This document shows positions 19,743 through 29,527 of a stretch of DNA of 64,000 bases, one piece after another. The notes under the pieces are model-generated. The model was not told where the DNA came from. It saw only the letters and a list, made by a program, of their open reading frames with translations, and did no database searches. A program made the translations under genes and the position numbers. Within the stretch, counting starts at the first letter, position 1, and each line of letters opens with the position of its first letter. This DNA is from Myxococcota bacterium (lineage in GTDB: Bacteria > Myxococcota_A > UBA796 > CAJQPC01). Where the stretch lies: the NCBI GenBank assembly GCA_036012755.1, contig DASCPX010000009.1:64001-128000 (forward strand). Reading direction: 5' to 3'.

Positions 19743-20602
19743 GCTACCTGCTGACCGAGCCCGCCCCGGAGCACCTCTACTGGAAGGGGGCCACAGAGGG
19801 CACCCACACCCTGCGGTGGCAGGGGGTCGCGGGCTTCTCCCTCGAGCACGACCAGAAGACCCTCTGCATCGACCCCTACGTCTCCCGCTCCGGACTCGCC
19901 AAGACGCTCTTCGGGCGCCTGGACGTAGACCACGACTCCCTGGAGCGCTGCTTCCCGAGGGCCGACGCCATCCTGATCGGCCACAGCCACTACGACCACG
20001 TCCTGGACGCTCCAGCCCTGGCCCGGCGTACCGGAGCCACGCTCTATGGATGTGCCTCGAGCGCTCGCGTGGCCAGGGGCTGGGGTCTCGCCGAGGACCA
20101 GATCTGGGTCGTGTCGCCGGACGAGGAGGTCGAACTGGTCCACGGCTCCGCCAAGGCAGTGCCCAGCGACCACGGCAAGTTCTTCCTCGGCCGGGGGGGC
20201 TGGCCACACGGGACCATCACGGAGCCGATCCGATACCCGCCGAAGACCAGCCAGCTCAAGCACGGCCAGGTCTTCACCTGGTGGGCGGACTGGGGCGGAC
20301 TTCGCATCGTGCACGTCGACTCCGCGGACTACGACACCGAGCGCATCCGCAAGCTCGACTGCGACGTGCTCTGTCTCTGCGCGGTCGGGCGCCAGTACCG
20401 GCCCGGCTACACGCGGGAGATCATCGACGCCACACGGCCGAGCCTCGTCGTGCCCTGCCACTGGGACCACTTCTTCCTGCCGTTGGATGCCCCGACGCGC
20501 CAGCTCCCGGGGGTCGATCTGGAGGGCTTCGTGCGCGAGATCGAGGCCTGCGGCGCCAAGCCAGTGGTCCTGCCCATCGGAGGCTCGCTGGGCATCGGCT
20601 GA
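19736..20602 (+). CDS. Metallo-beta-lactamase fold hydrolase
   Basis: IDPYVSR, GHSHYDH (HxHxDH), VPCHWD. Confidence 0.88.
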   Translation: MLSYLLTEPAPEHLYWKGATEGTHTLRWQGVAGFSLEHDQKTLCIDPYVSRSGLAKTLFGRLDVDHDSLERCFPRADAILIGHSHYDHVLDAPALARRTGATLYGCASSARVARGWGLAEDQIWVVSPDEEVELVHGSAKAVPSDHGKFFLGRGGWPHGTITEPIRYPPKTSQLKHGQVFTWWADWGGLRIVHVDSADYDTERIRKLDCDVLCLCAVGRQYRPGYTREIIDATRPSLVVPCHWDHFFLPLDAPTRQLPGVDLEGFVREIEACGAKPVVLPIGGSLGIG

Positions 20603-20620
20603 TGGGTGTTAGGGGACGGG

Positions 20621-22723
20621 GTGCTTCTCCTGGCAGGCTGCATCGCGGACGGACCGACCTTCGGCATCTCCCGGGCGGGCGAGGACCCGCGGACCCTGGT
20701 CTTCAACAACGCCACCGAGCCCGAGTTCATCGATCCGACCCAGGCCACGGGCCACCCGGACGGACGCATCGCGCAGGAGATCTTCGACGGGCTCACCGAG
20801 TACGGGCCCATCGATCTGTCCCCCCAGCCAAGCCACGCGTTGTCCTGGGACACCCACCCCGATGGGCGGGGCTACACCTTCCACCTGCGCGACGACGCCG
20901 TCTGGTCCGACGGGACGCCGGTCACCGCCCGGGACTACGCCTGGTCCTGGGAGCACGTCCTCAACCCGGCCTACCTCTCCCGCTACGCCCAGCAGCTGTA
21001 CTTCGTGGAGCGCGCGCCGCTCTACAACAGCTCCCGGGTCTTCATCGGCGACGACGGCGCTGTCCTCGAGGCCACCGGGAGCAACGTCGTCGCCCTCACA
21101 GACGACCTCGACGAGCTCGACGACGGCAGCGTCCACGTCGTGGCCGCCCGGACCGACACGGAGCTCGAGCTCGTCTACCGCGCTGGCTGCCCGGATCTCG
21201 CGGACCTGCTGGCTCTGTTCGACTGCAGCGGCCCCGAGCTCCGAAAGACCGTCTCCTTGGAGCTCACAGAGGCCGCCTGGCCGATGCCGAACCAACGGGT
21301 GCTCACCGAAGACGTCGTGCTCCACACCCCGGGCGGCGAGGTCCCCCTGTCCCGGGGCGAGGAGGTCGTGCTCATCGGCGGCGGCAAGGTCTTCTACCCG
21401 ACCTCGGAGAAGACCGGCACGCTGGATGCCTCCAAGCTCGCCGATCCCCGAGCCGAGCACATCCGCTACGACCTCGTGGAGCTCGAGCCGATCGACTGGT
21501 CCGGCGAGGGCCGAGGGGACACGGGCGCGCCGAGCGAGCTGCCACCTCTCACGAGGACAGCCAGCCTGTCGGAGCTCCGCGTCTCGGCCGAGGTGCTCGG
21601 CTTCCGCGTCGAGGACGACCACACCTTCACCGTCAGGCTCTCGGGAGTAGCCCCCTTCTTCCTGACCCTGACGAGCCACACGACCTTGAGGGCCGCCCCG
21701 CGACAGGCCTGGGAGGAGCACGGCTCGCGCTGGACGAGGCCAGGGAACATCGTGAGCAGCGGGCCCTTCCTCCTGGAGACCCACATCGTGCGCGACCGCT
21801 TCGAGCTCGTCGCGAACCCGGACTGGTACGACGCCGAGAACCTGGCCTTCGATCGGGTCATCGCCTACTCGATCGACAACCTCCACACGAGCGCGAACCT
21901 CTATCGGGCCGGCTACACGGACTTCGTCGTCGCCAACGACATCCCCGCCGAGTTCATCCCGATGCTGAAGGACAAGGAGGACTTCACCGTCAGCCCGGCG
22001 CTGTCGGTCTACGTCTACCGGATCAACACGACGAAGCCCCCCTTCGACGACGCGCGCGTCCGACGGGCCCTGGCGATGGCGGTCAACCGAGAGGACGTGG
22101 TCAAGGTCTTGAAGGCGGGCCAGCTCCCGGCGGACCACATCGTGCCCCCCGGGCTCCCCGGCTATGACCCCGCCCGCGGGCCGGGCTTCGACCCGGAGGC
22201 CGCCCGCGCCCTGCTCGCAGAGGCTGGCTACCCGGGCGGCGAGGGCTTCCCGGAGACCAGGATCCTCTACAACACGCTGGAGACCCACAAGCTGGTCGCG
22301 GCCATCGTGCAAGACAACTGGGCCAAGGAGCTCGGCATCGACGTCCAGCTCGAGAACAGGGAGTGGAAGACCTACCTCAAGACGGTCAACAACCTCGACT
22401 ACGACGTCGCCCGCGGGGGCTGGATCGGCGACTACCTCGATCCGCTGACCTTCCTCGAGCTCTGGATCCAAGACGGCGGGAACAACAACACCGGTTGGAC
22501 CGACCCGCGCTACGACGCCCTCATCCACGAGGCATCGCAGACCTCGGACCCCGCGGATCGTCTGGCGGTCCTCGCGGAAGCAGAGAAGCTCTTGAACGAG
22601 GAGATGCCCTTCATCCCCATCTACCACTACGTCTGGACGGACCTGACGCAGCCGGACGTCAAGGGCACGCACCCGAACCTGCTGGACCAGCACGCCATTC
22701 GCTACATGCACATCGAGCGCTGA
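20621..22723 (+). CDS. oppA: Oligopeptide ABC transporter substrate-binding lipoprotein with a large insertion
   Basis: LAGC lipobox, EPEFIDP, YTFHLRDDAVWSDG.PVTA.D, PPFDDARVRRAL, GWIGDYLDP. Start is GTG 20621 or 20606. Confidence 0.9.
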   Translation: MLLLAGCIADGPTFGISRAGEDPRTLVFNNATEPEFIDPTQATGHPDGRIAQEIFDGLTEYGPIDLSPQPSHALSWDTHPDGRGYTFHLRDDAVWSDGTPVTARDYAWSWEHVLNPAYLSRYAQQLYFVERAPLYNSSRVFIGDDGAVLEATGSNVVALTDDLDELDDGSVHVVAARTDTELELVYRAGCPDLADLLALFDCSGPELRKTVSLELTEAAWPMPNQRVLTEDVVLHTPGGEVPLSRGEEVVLIGGGKVFYPTSEKTGTLDASKLADPRAEHIRYDLVELEPIDWSGEGRGDTGAPSELPPLTRTASLSELRVSAEVLGFRVEDDHTFTVRLSGVAPFFLTLTSHTTLRAAPRQAWEEHGSRWTRPGNIVSSGPFLLETHIVRDRFELVANPDWYDAENLAFDRVIAYSIDNLHTSANLYRAGYTDFVVANDIPAEFIPMLKDKEDFTVSPALSVYVYRINTTKPPFDDARVRRALAMAVNREDVVKVLKAGQLPADHIVPPGLPGYDPARGPGFDPEAARALLAEAGYPGGEGFPETRILYNTLETHKLVAAIVQDNWAKELGIDVQLENREWKTYLKTVNNLDYDVARGGWIGDYLDPLTFLELWIQDGGNNNTGWTDPRYDALIHEASQTSDPADRLAVLAEAEKLLNEEMPFIPIYHYVWTDLTQPDVKGTHPNLLDQHAIRYMHIER

Positions 22724-22726
22724 GCC

Positions 22727-23641
22727 ATGGCCGGACACATCGCGCGTCGGCTGCTGGCGATCCTGCCCCTGGTGGTCTTCCTCGCCTTCACCACCTTCCT
22801 GCTGCTCCAGCTGGCGCCCGGTGGCCCCTTCGACGCCGAGCGCAACTTCCCCCCGGAGATCCAGAAGCAGCTCGAGGCGCGCTTCGCCCTGGACGCCCCC
22901 TGGTACGAGCAGTTCTGGGGCTACCTGGTCGGCCTCGCCGACGGCACCCTGCCGAGCATGAAGCGGCCGGGGCTGACCGTCGGCGAGCTCATCGGCTCCA
23001 GCTTCCCGGTCTCGCTGACCCTGGGCACCCTGGCGATGGGCTTCGCCCTCTGCCTCGGCATCACCAGCGGCATCATCGGCGCGATCCGCCAGAACAGCGT
23101 CTGGGACTGGACCACGATGAGCATCGCGCTCATAGGCATCAGCGTCCCGAACTTCGTGCTCGGGCCGCTGTTGATCCTGGTCTTCGCCCTGGGTCTGGGC
23201 TGGGTCCCGCCCGCTCGCTGGGAAGGGCTCGACACGATGATCCTGCCGGCCATCACCCTGGGGCTGGCGTATGCCGCCTACATCGCTCGCCTGACCAGGG
23301 CGGGCATGCTCGAGGTGATCCGCACCGACTTCGTGCGCACCGCCCGCGCCAAGGGGCTCTCGGAGTGGGTGGTCGTCGTGCGCCACGCCTTGCGAGGGGC
23401 GCTGCTGCCCGTCATCACCTTCCTGGGTCCGGCCACCGCCCGCATCATCACGGGCACGGTCGTCATCGAGAAGATCTTCCAGGTCCCGGGCCTCGGCTAC
23501 TACTTCGTCCAGTCAGCGCTCGATCGCGACTACTCGATGGTGCTCGGCGTCGTCTGCTTCTACGCCAGCATCCTCATGGTGCTGAACCTGCTCGTCGACG
23601 TCGCCTACACCTGGCTCGACCCGAGGGTGAAGCTGGCATGA
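22727..23641 (+). CDS. oppB: Oligopeptide ABC transporter permease
   Basis: LAPGGPF, RTARAKGL, IEKIFQVPGLG, LDPRV. Confidence 0.92.
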   Translation: MAGHIARRLLAILPLVVFLAFTTFLLLQLAPGGPFDAERNFPPEIQKQLEARFALDAPWYEQFWGYLVGLADGTLPSMKRPGLTVGELIGSSFPVSLTLGTLAMGFALCLGITSGIIGAIRQNSVWDWTTMSIALIGISVPNFVLGPLLILVFALGLGWVPPARWEGLDTMILPAITLGLAYAAYIARLTRAGMLEVIRTDFVRTARAKGLSEWVVVVRHALRGALLPVITFLGPATARIITGTVVIEKIFQVPGLGYYFVQSALDRDYSMVLGVVCFYASILMVLNLLVDVAYTWLDPRVKLA

Positions 23642-24555
23642 CCGCTACCCCCCATGTCATCGAGGGGAGCTCCTTGTGGGCCGATGCCTGGAAGCGCTGG
23701 AGGCGTCACCGGGTCTCCGTCGCCAGCGCCGTGGTGATCGGGCTGGTCTTCGCCTTCTGCGTGCTCGGTCCCCCCCTCACCGCGGCCAGCCTGGGCTGGA
23801 CCTACGAGATGCAGGACATCGACCTGGGCGCCTCCCCGCCGAGTTGGTCCCACCCCTTCGGCACGGACGTGCTCGGTCGGGACGTGATGGTGCGCACGAT
23901 GCTCGGCGGACGGGTGAGCCTGGCGGTGGCCCTGGTCGCGACCGCGGTCTCCCTGGCGGTCGGCGTCACCTACGGCGCCATCAGCGGCTTCGCCGGTGGC
24001 CGGGTCGACGCCGTCATGATGCGCGTCGTCGATCTCATGCTGTCCACGCCCTACCTCCTGCTCGTCATCGTGCTGATGGCGGTCATCCCCCCTTCGGTCG
24101 TCAGCATCGGCGGCCTGGACGGCTCGATCATCCTGATGTTCGCTGCCCTCGGCTTCGTCAGCTGGCTGATCCTCGCCCGCATCGTGCGCGGCCAGGTCCT
24201 GGCCCTCAAAGAGCGGGAGTTCGTCGAGGCCGCCCGCGCCATCGGGGTTCCGCCCCTGACCATCCTCTTCAGACACATCGTGCCCAACACCCTGGGGCCG
24301 GTCATCGTCTACAGCACGCTCACCATCCCGAGCGTCATGCTCAGCGAGGCCTTCCTGTCCTTCCTCGGACTGGGCATCCGGGAGCCAGAGGCCAGCTGGG
24401 GAACCCTGGTCAACGACGGCGCAAACGCCATGGTCGTCTACCCCTGGCTCCTGATCTTCCCGGGCGCCATCATGACGCTCACGCTCTTCTGCTTGAACTT
24501 CCTGGGTGACGGCCTGCGCGACGCGCTGGACCCCTCGGCACAGGAGGGCTCGTGA
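23638..24555 (+). CDS. oppC: Oligopeptide ABC transporter permease
   Basis: HPFGTDVLGRD, EFVEAARAIG, LSFLGLG, GDGLRDALDP; ATG at 23638 overlaps the oppB stop. Confidence 0.92.
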   Translation: MTATPHVIEGSSLWADAWKRWRRHRVSVASAVVIGLVFAFCVLGPPLTAASLGWTYEMQDIDLGASPPSWSHPFGTDVLGRDVMVRTMLGGRVSLAVALVATAVSLAVGVTYGAISGFAGGRVDAVMMRVVDLMLSTPYLLLVIVLMAVIPPSVVSIGGLDGSIILMFAALGFVSWLILARIVRGQVLALKEREFVEAARAIGVPPLTILFRHIVPNTLGPVIVYSTLTIPSVMLSEAFLSFLGLGIREPEASWGTLVNDGANAMVVYPWLLIFPGAIMTLTLFCLNFLGDGLRDALDPSAQEGS

Positions 24556-25520
24556 GCGTCCTGCGCGTCGAGGAGCTCCGGACGCACTTCTTCACGGACG
24601 ACGGAGTCGTCAAAGCCGTGGACGGCGTGTCCTTCGAGGTCGAGCGTGGCCGGATCCTCGGGCTGGTCGGCGAGTCCGGCAGCGGCAAGAGCGTCACGAA
24701 CCTCTCGGTCCTCCGACTCGTGCCGAGCCCCCCCGGGCGCTACGTCGGCGGTCGGATCCTCTTCCACGGCGAGGACATCCTGAAGATGCCGGAGGCGGAT
24801 CTGCGACGCCTCCGCGGCAACCGCATCGCGATGATCTTCCAGGACCCGATGACCTCGCTGAACCCCTATCTGCGGGTCTCCCGCCAGATCGGAGAGGTGC
24901 TCGAGCTGCACGAGGGCATGAGCAGACGAGGCGCGAATAAGCGAGCGACCGAGCTGCTCGAGATGGTCGGCATCCCGGACCCCGAGACGCGCATCGACCA
25001 GTACCCCCACGAGTTCTCCGGAGGCATGCGCCAGCGCGTGATGATCGCGATGGCCCTGGCCTGCAAGCCGGAGCTGCTGCTCGCCGACGAGCCCACCACA
25101 GCGCTGGACGTCACGATCCAGGCACAGATCCTCGATCTCATCCGGGACCTCTGTCGAGAGCTCGGAACCGCGGTCATCCTCGTCACCCACGACCTCGGCG
25201 TGGTGGCGGGCCTCGCCGATGACGTGGCGGTCATGTACGCCGGGCGCATCGTGGAGCAGGCGCCGGTGGTGTCGCTGTTCTCGCAGCCACAGCACCCCTA
25301 CACGAAGGGACTGCTCGCCAGCGTCCCGCGCCTCGACAGCCGGGCCCAGCTCTTGCCGATCGACGGGCTGCCCCCGAACGTCGCGGATCTTCCCCCAGGC
25401 TGCGCCTTCGCCCCCAGGTGTCCGGAACGCAGCGAGGCCTGCGGAGAGATCCCGCCCTGGTTCGGACCTCGCGATCAGGGAGGCGCCTGCTGGCTCCTCG
25501 CCCCTGGAGAGGAGCCGTGA
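24552..25520 (+). CDS. oppD: Oligopeptide ABC transporter ATP-binding protein
   Basis: [37 protein letters not shown]. Confidence 0.93.
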   Translation: MSVLRVEELRTHFFTDDGVVKAVDGVSFEVERGRILGLVGESGSGKSVTNLSVLRLVPSPPGRYVGGRILFHGEDILKMPEADLRRLRGNRIAMIFQDPMTSLNPYLRVSRQIGEVLELHEGMSRRGANKRATELLEMVGIPDPETRIDQYPHEFSGGMRQRVMIAMALACKPELLLADEPTTALDVTIQAQILDLIRDLCRELGTAVILVTHDLGVVAGLADDVAVMYAGRIVEQAPVVSLFSQPQHPYTKGLLASVPRLDSRAQLLPIDGLPPNVADLPPGCAFAPRCPERSEACGEIPPWFGPRDQGGACWLLAPGEEP

Positions 25521-26482
25521 GCCTGCTCAGTGTCCAGGACCTCAAGGTGCACTTCCCGGTCTACTCCACTGGCCTGTTCCGCCGGGTGACCGGGCAGGTC
25601 AAGGCCGTCGACGGGCTCAGCTTCGACATCGAGCGCGGAGAGATCCTGGGGCTGGTCGGGGAGTCCGGCTGCGGCAAGAGCACGACGGGACGAGCCGTCC
25701 TCCGACTCCTCGAGCCCACCTCGGGGCGAGTCACCTTCGACGGCACAGACGTCAGCTCGCTCGCTGGCACGGACCTGCGGCGCTTCCGCCGTCGCGCCCA
25801 GATCATCTTCCAGGACCCATACGCCTCGCTGAACCCGCGCATGACGGTGGGCGCCATCATCACAGAGCCCCTGAAGACCCACGGACTGCCCGGGGGCTTG
25901 GGCCGGGCCCAGGAGCTGATGGAGCTCACGGGCCTCGATCCGCGCTTCGTGCGCCGCTATCCCCACGAGTTCTCCGGCGGCCAGCGCCAGCGCATCGGCA
26001 TCGCCAGGGCCTTGGCGAGCGAGCCCGAGCTCATCGTCTGCGACGAGCCGATCTCCGCCCTCGACGTGAGCATCCAGGCCCAGATCCTGAACCTCCTGCA
26101 GGACCTCGCCCGCGACCGGTCGCTGTCCTACCTCTTCATCGCCCACGATCTCTCGGCCATCCGCCACGTCTGCGACCGCATCGCCGTGATGTACCTCGGA
26201 CGCCTCGCAGAGGTGGGCACCTTCGAGCAGATCTGCGATGGGCCACGCCACCCCTACACCCAGGCCCTGGTCTCCGCGGTCCCGGTGCCCGACCCGGTGT
26301 TGGAGCGCCAGCGCGAGCGCATAGTGCTGACCGGCGACGTGCCCTCCCCGCTCTCACCGCCCCCCGGCTGCCGCTTCCACACCCGCTGCCACAAGCGCCA
26401 ACAGCAGCGCTGCGACACGGAGCTACCCGAGCTCCGCGATCTCGAAGAGGGCCGCCGAGCCGCCTGTCACTGGCTCGACTGA
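25517..26482 (+). CDS. oppF: Oligopeptide ABC transporter ATP-binding protein
   Basis: GESGCGKS, FSGGQRQR, CDEPISALD, GCRFHTRC; GAGGAG RBS and GTG at 25517. Confidence 0.93.
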   Translation: MSLLSVQDLKVHFPVYSTGLFRRVTGQVKAVDGLSFDIERGEILGLVGESGCGKSTTGRAVLRLLEPTSGRVTFDGTDVSSLAGTDLRRFRRRAQIIFQDPYASLNPRMTVGAIITEPLKTHGLPGGLGRAQELMELTGLDPRFVRRYPHEFSGGQRQRIGIARALASEPELIVCDEPISALDVSIQAQILNLLQDLARDRSLSYLFIAHDLSAIRHVCDRIAVMYLGRLAEVGTFEQICDGPRHPYTQALVSAVPVPDPVLERQRERIVLTGDVPSPLSPPPGCRFHTRCHKRQQQRCDTELPELRDLEEGRRAACHWLD

Positions 26483-27374
26483 CTCGCGGGACCGACGAGC
26501 CAGCGCCGGGTCACGCGACGCAGCCCCGGGGCGACCCAGGGCTTCCCCGTGAGGGCCTTGAAGCAGCCGACCGCGCGAATCGCGCGGTTGGAGAAGGCGA
26601 CGACGCAGATGCCACCGACCAGCCCGACGATGGCGGCAGGGTGCTCGGTGAGGGCCGAGAGCCCACCGAAGACGACGCCGAAGAAGGCGTAGCCCAGGCG
26701 CGTGAGCCCGAAGAGCACGAGGGACTGGATGGCGGAGCTGCGCACGAAGGGCCTGTCCTTTCCCTTGACCAGGTAGTAGAGCGAGGCCAACAGCCAGATG
26801 CCTTGGAAGGGCATCCAGCAGAGCATCGCCGCGGTCTTGTCGCGATGCCGAAGACATCGCCGGTTCGAGCGCCGGCGTCGTCCACGAAGGCGACCCCCAG
26901 GGCCTCCGCGACCTCCTCGCCCAGCTTCACGGACGCCGGCCCCTGCTGAACGTTCAGGCGGATGAGCAGCGGGCGTGGTCCTTGTTCTGTCGCCAGCTCC
27001 AGGGCGAGGAACTTCACCAACCGGTTGGGCTGTCGGATCTGGACGGCCGTGGGAGACACGGCCACCCCATCGAGCGTGCCAGCGCCTATGTCGAGGACGT
27101 GCCGCGACTCCTCGGAGATCTGCTGGGATCGCGCCGCCTTGCGCAGCCCCAGGATCAGGCCCAGGAGCGCGACCGGCCCGAAGATCGCTCCCCAGAACAC
27201 CGGCACGAGCCACCCGTCCTGGTAGCCCAGCGCCGAGAACAACCCCCAGAGGAACAAGACCAGGACGGGCACGAGGATGGCCTGCAGCCGACCCTGGGTG
27301 CGGATGTGGGCCTGGGGCACCTGGAAGGTCCAGGCTCCATCTTCGACCACGACCCACCCGTCGATGTTCTTCAT
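26467..27374 (-). pseudogene. Membrane protein with C-terminal DUF4870-like domain, split by a 1-nt frameshift near 26843
   Basis: N-part MKNIDGW...TGDVFGI continues as DKTAAMLCWMPFQG...PFVRSSAIQS in a shifted frame. May be an assembly error. Confidence 0.6.
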
Positions 27375-27381
27375 GCCTCGC

Positions 27382-28707
27382 TCAAACCATCCGGAAGCCA
27401 CCCCTTCGACCGACGAGGAGGACTCGGCCCGCGAGCAGCACCGAGACGGCGACGAGCATCGCGTCGAGGCCCAGCCACAGCCCCCTGGCCCCTAGGTCCA
27501 GGCCAAAGGCGAAGCCAGCGGCCAGGGGCACGCCGATCACCCAGAAGGCGACCAGCGCCAGCACCGCCGGGAAGCGCGTGTCTCCAGCGCCACGCAGCAC
27601 GCCGGCCGCCACCGCCTGGACCCCGTCGAAGAGCTGGAAGGCCGCGGCCAGCGGCAGCAGCAGCAGCACGACGCCCTGCACCTCGAGGTCCGTGGTGTAG
27701 GCCGCCGCGAGCCACCCGGGCACCGCGAGCAGGACCCCCGCGCTCGCCCCCATGATGACCAACGACATCGCGATGGCGATCCACCCGCTCCGCTGCCAGG
27801 GTTCGCCAGCCCCCAACAGGTTGCCGACCCGAGTCGCCGCCGCGGCTGAGAGGCCCCACGCCACGCAGAAGGCGACGGCTGTCATGTTGAGCGCGATGCT
27901 GTGAGCCGCCAGCTCGGTCGCTCCGATGAGCCCCATGAAGATCCCGACGCAGTTGAAGGCCCAGACCTCCAGCGTGACGTGCACTCCGACCGGCCCACCG
28001 CGCCAGAGCAGCTCGAGCAGCGCTCGAGCGACGAAGCCCTCGCGAAGGGGGACCCGGCGAGCGGAGATGGCGCTCCAGGTGAGCGCCGCGAGAGCGACCG
28101 GCATCAACAGCCGCACCAGGGCGGTCGCGTGCCCGCTCCCCACCGCCCCCAGCGCCGGCAGGCCGAGGGCTCCGTTGATGAAGACCTCGTTGAGCGCGAT
28201 GTTGAGCAGGTTCGCGATGACGATGACGATCGCGGCCGGGCGCATGATCTCGATGCCCTGGAGGAACTGCTTGAGCGCCCAGAAGGCGAAGCTCGGCGCC
28301 ACGCTCCAAGACAGGGCCCGGCAGTAGGCGCCCGCGGTGGGGAGGATCTCTTCTGGCTGTCCAAGGGCCCTGAGCGCCGGCTCGGCTACCCAGTGCAGCG
28401 CCGTGATCGGGATGGCGACGATCAGTCCCAGGACCAGGGCGCGCAACAGCGCTCGCCCGGCTGTCTTCGGCTGGCCCGATCCGTGAGCCTGCGCGAAGAC
28501 GGGATCGAGACCCAGCATCAGGCCGATGCCCGGGATCATGGTCCCGAAGGCCCAGATGTTGCCAGCCGCCAGGCCGGCGAGCTCGGTCTCGCCGAGGCGC
28601 CCGACCATCACGAGGTCCTCGACGGACATCGTCATGAAGCCGACCTGGCCGATCATCACGGGCCAGGCGAGCTCGAACAGTCTCCTCAGCTCACTCTTCT
28701 TCTGGAT
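27382..28707 (-). CDS. MATE family efflux transporter
   Basis: ELRRLFELAWP, MVGRLG, LGAVGSG, TRVGNLLGAG, QLFDGVQ, LRGAGDT. True start probably lies upstream of GTG 28659 (see findings). Confidence 0.92.
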   Translation of the reverse strand: MQKKSELRRLFELAWPVMIGQVGFMTMSVEDLVMVGRLGETELAGLAAGNIWAFGTMIPGIGLMLGLDPVFAQAHGSGQPKTAGRALLRALVLGLIVAIPITALHWVAEPALRALGQPEEILPTAGAYCRALSWSVAPSFAFWALKQFLQGIEIMRPAAIVIVIANLLNIALNEVFINGALGLPALGAVGSGHATALVRLLMPVALAALTWSAISARRVPLREGFVARALLELLWRGGPVGVHVTLEVWAFNCVGIFMGLIGATELAAHSIALNMTAVAFCVAWGLSAAAATRVGNLLGAGEPWQRSGWIAIAMSLVIMGASAGVLLAVPGWLAAAYTTDLEVQGVVLLLLPLAAAFQLFDGVQAVAAGVLRGAGDTRFPAVLALVAFWVIGVPLAAGFAFGLDLGARGLWLGLDAMLVAVSVLLAGRVLLVGRRGGFRMV

Positions 28708-28727
28708 TCGCAGCTCTTAGCGCGAAA

Positions 28728-29285
28728 TCAGAGGCGGTAGTCGACCGCCTTCTCGAAGAGCGCCGTGTCGTCCTTGCTGACCTTGACCTCGACGTTGCCG
28801 TCGGTCGAGGCGACGGGCGCCTGGAGCTTGAGGAAGGCGACGGTCGGGCCGTTCATCGCGAGGCTGGAGGCGGTGACCATCTGGCGGGTCTCGCCGACCT
28901 TGTTGCCATCGACGAAGACCTCGCCCACGAGCCAGTAGGCACCCTCGAAGTCTGCGGGGCTGCGTCCCACGAGGACGGGGAGCTCGACGACGACGCTGTC
29001 GCGGTCGACGTGGACGACGCTGGCGTCGTAGTTGCCGGAGAGCGGGACCTGGCCAGCGCTTCCGTAGGGAAGGGTCTGGGCCACCGGGATCGACACGATG
29101 CGGAAGTCGGCGAAGTCGTCGTCCTCCTCGCTGTCGAACAGGTCGAAGTCGTCTGCGCTCGGCGCGCTGTCCGCGGCGAGCAACTCGGCGTTGCGATCGC
29201 CCTCGACGAGGAAGTCGAACTCGTCGTCTGTGCTCGCGAGAGCGTCCTGGGCGAAGGCGGGGGCGATGAGGAGTGCAACGAACAT
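28728..29285 (-). CDS. Exported acidic hypothetical protein
   Basis: Signal-like MFVALLIAPAFA-QD, DDEFDF-type acidic repeats, GC3-rich codons. Confidence 0.7.
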   Translation of the reverse strand: MFVALLIAPAFAQDALASTDDEFDFLVEGDRNAELLAADSAPSADDFDLFDSEEDDDFADFRIVSIPVAQTLPYGSAGQVPLSGNYDASVVHVDRDSVVVELPVLVGRSPADFEGAYWLVGEVFVDGNKVGETRQMVTASSLAMNGPTVAFLKLQAPVASTDGNVEVKVSKDDTALFEKAVDYRL

Positions 29286-29362
29286 CGTTTGAACCTGTCT
29301 GGGTAGGGATGGAGTCGAGGGCTGGTCGGACCGCGTTGGTCTCCACGACTCGATCGCCACAT

Positions 29363-29379
29363 AGCAAACGCCGTGCCAA
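29363..29379 (-). promoter_or_regulatory. Sigma-54 (RpoN) -24/-12 promoter
   Basis: Minus strand TTGGCACGGCGTTTGCT matches TGGCAC-N5-TTGCW, about 78 nt upstream of ATG 29285. Confidence 0.8.
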
Positions 29380-29527
29380 GCCCCATGTGCCTGGAATTGC
29401 GGGCCCTGTACCTGGAGACTCGTCCGGATTCTCGGACCGTGTCCAAGAAAGTCGAACACCCCCGCCGGCATGACCACCAGCGTCACAGCGGACGCGAGTC
29501 CCCAGAGCAACTATCCTCGCGGGTGCT

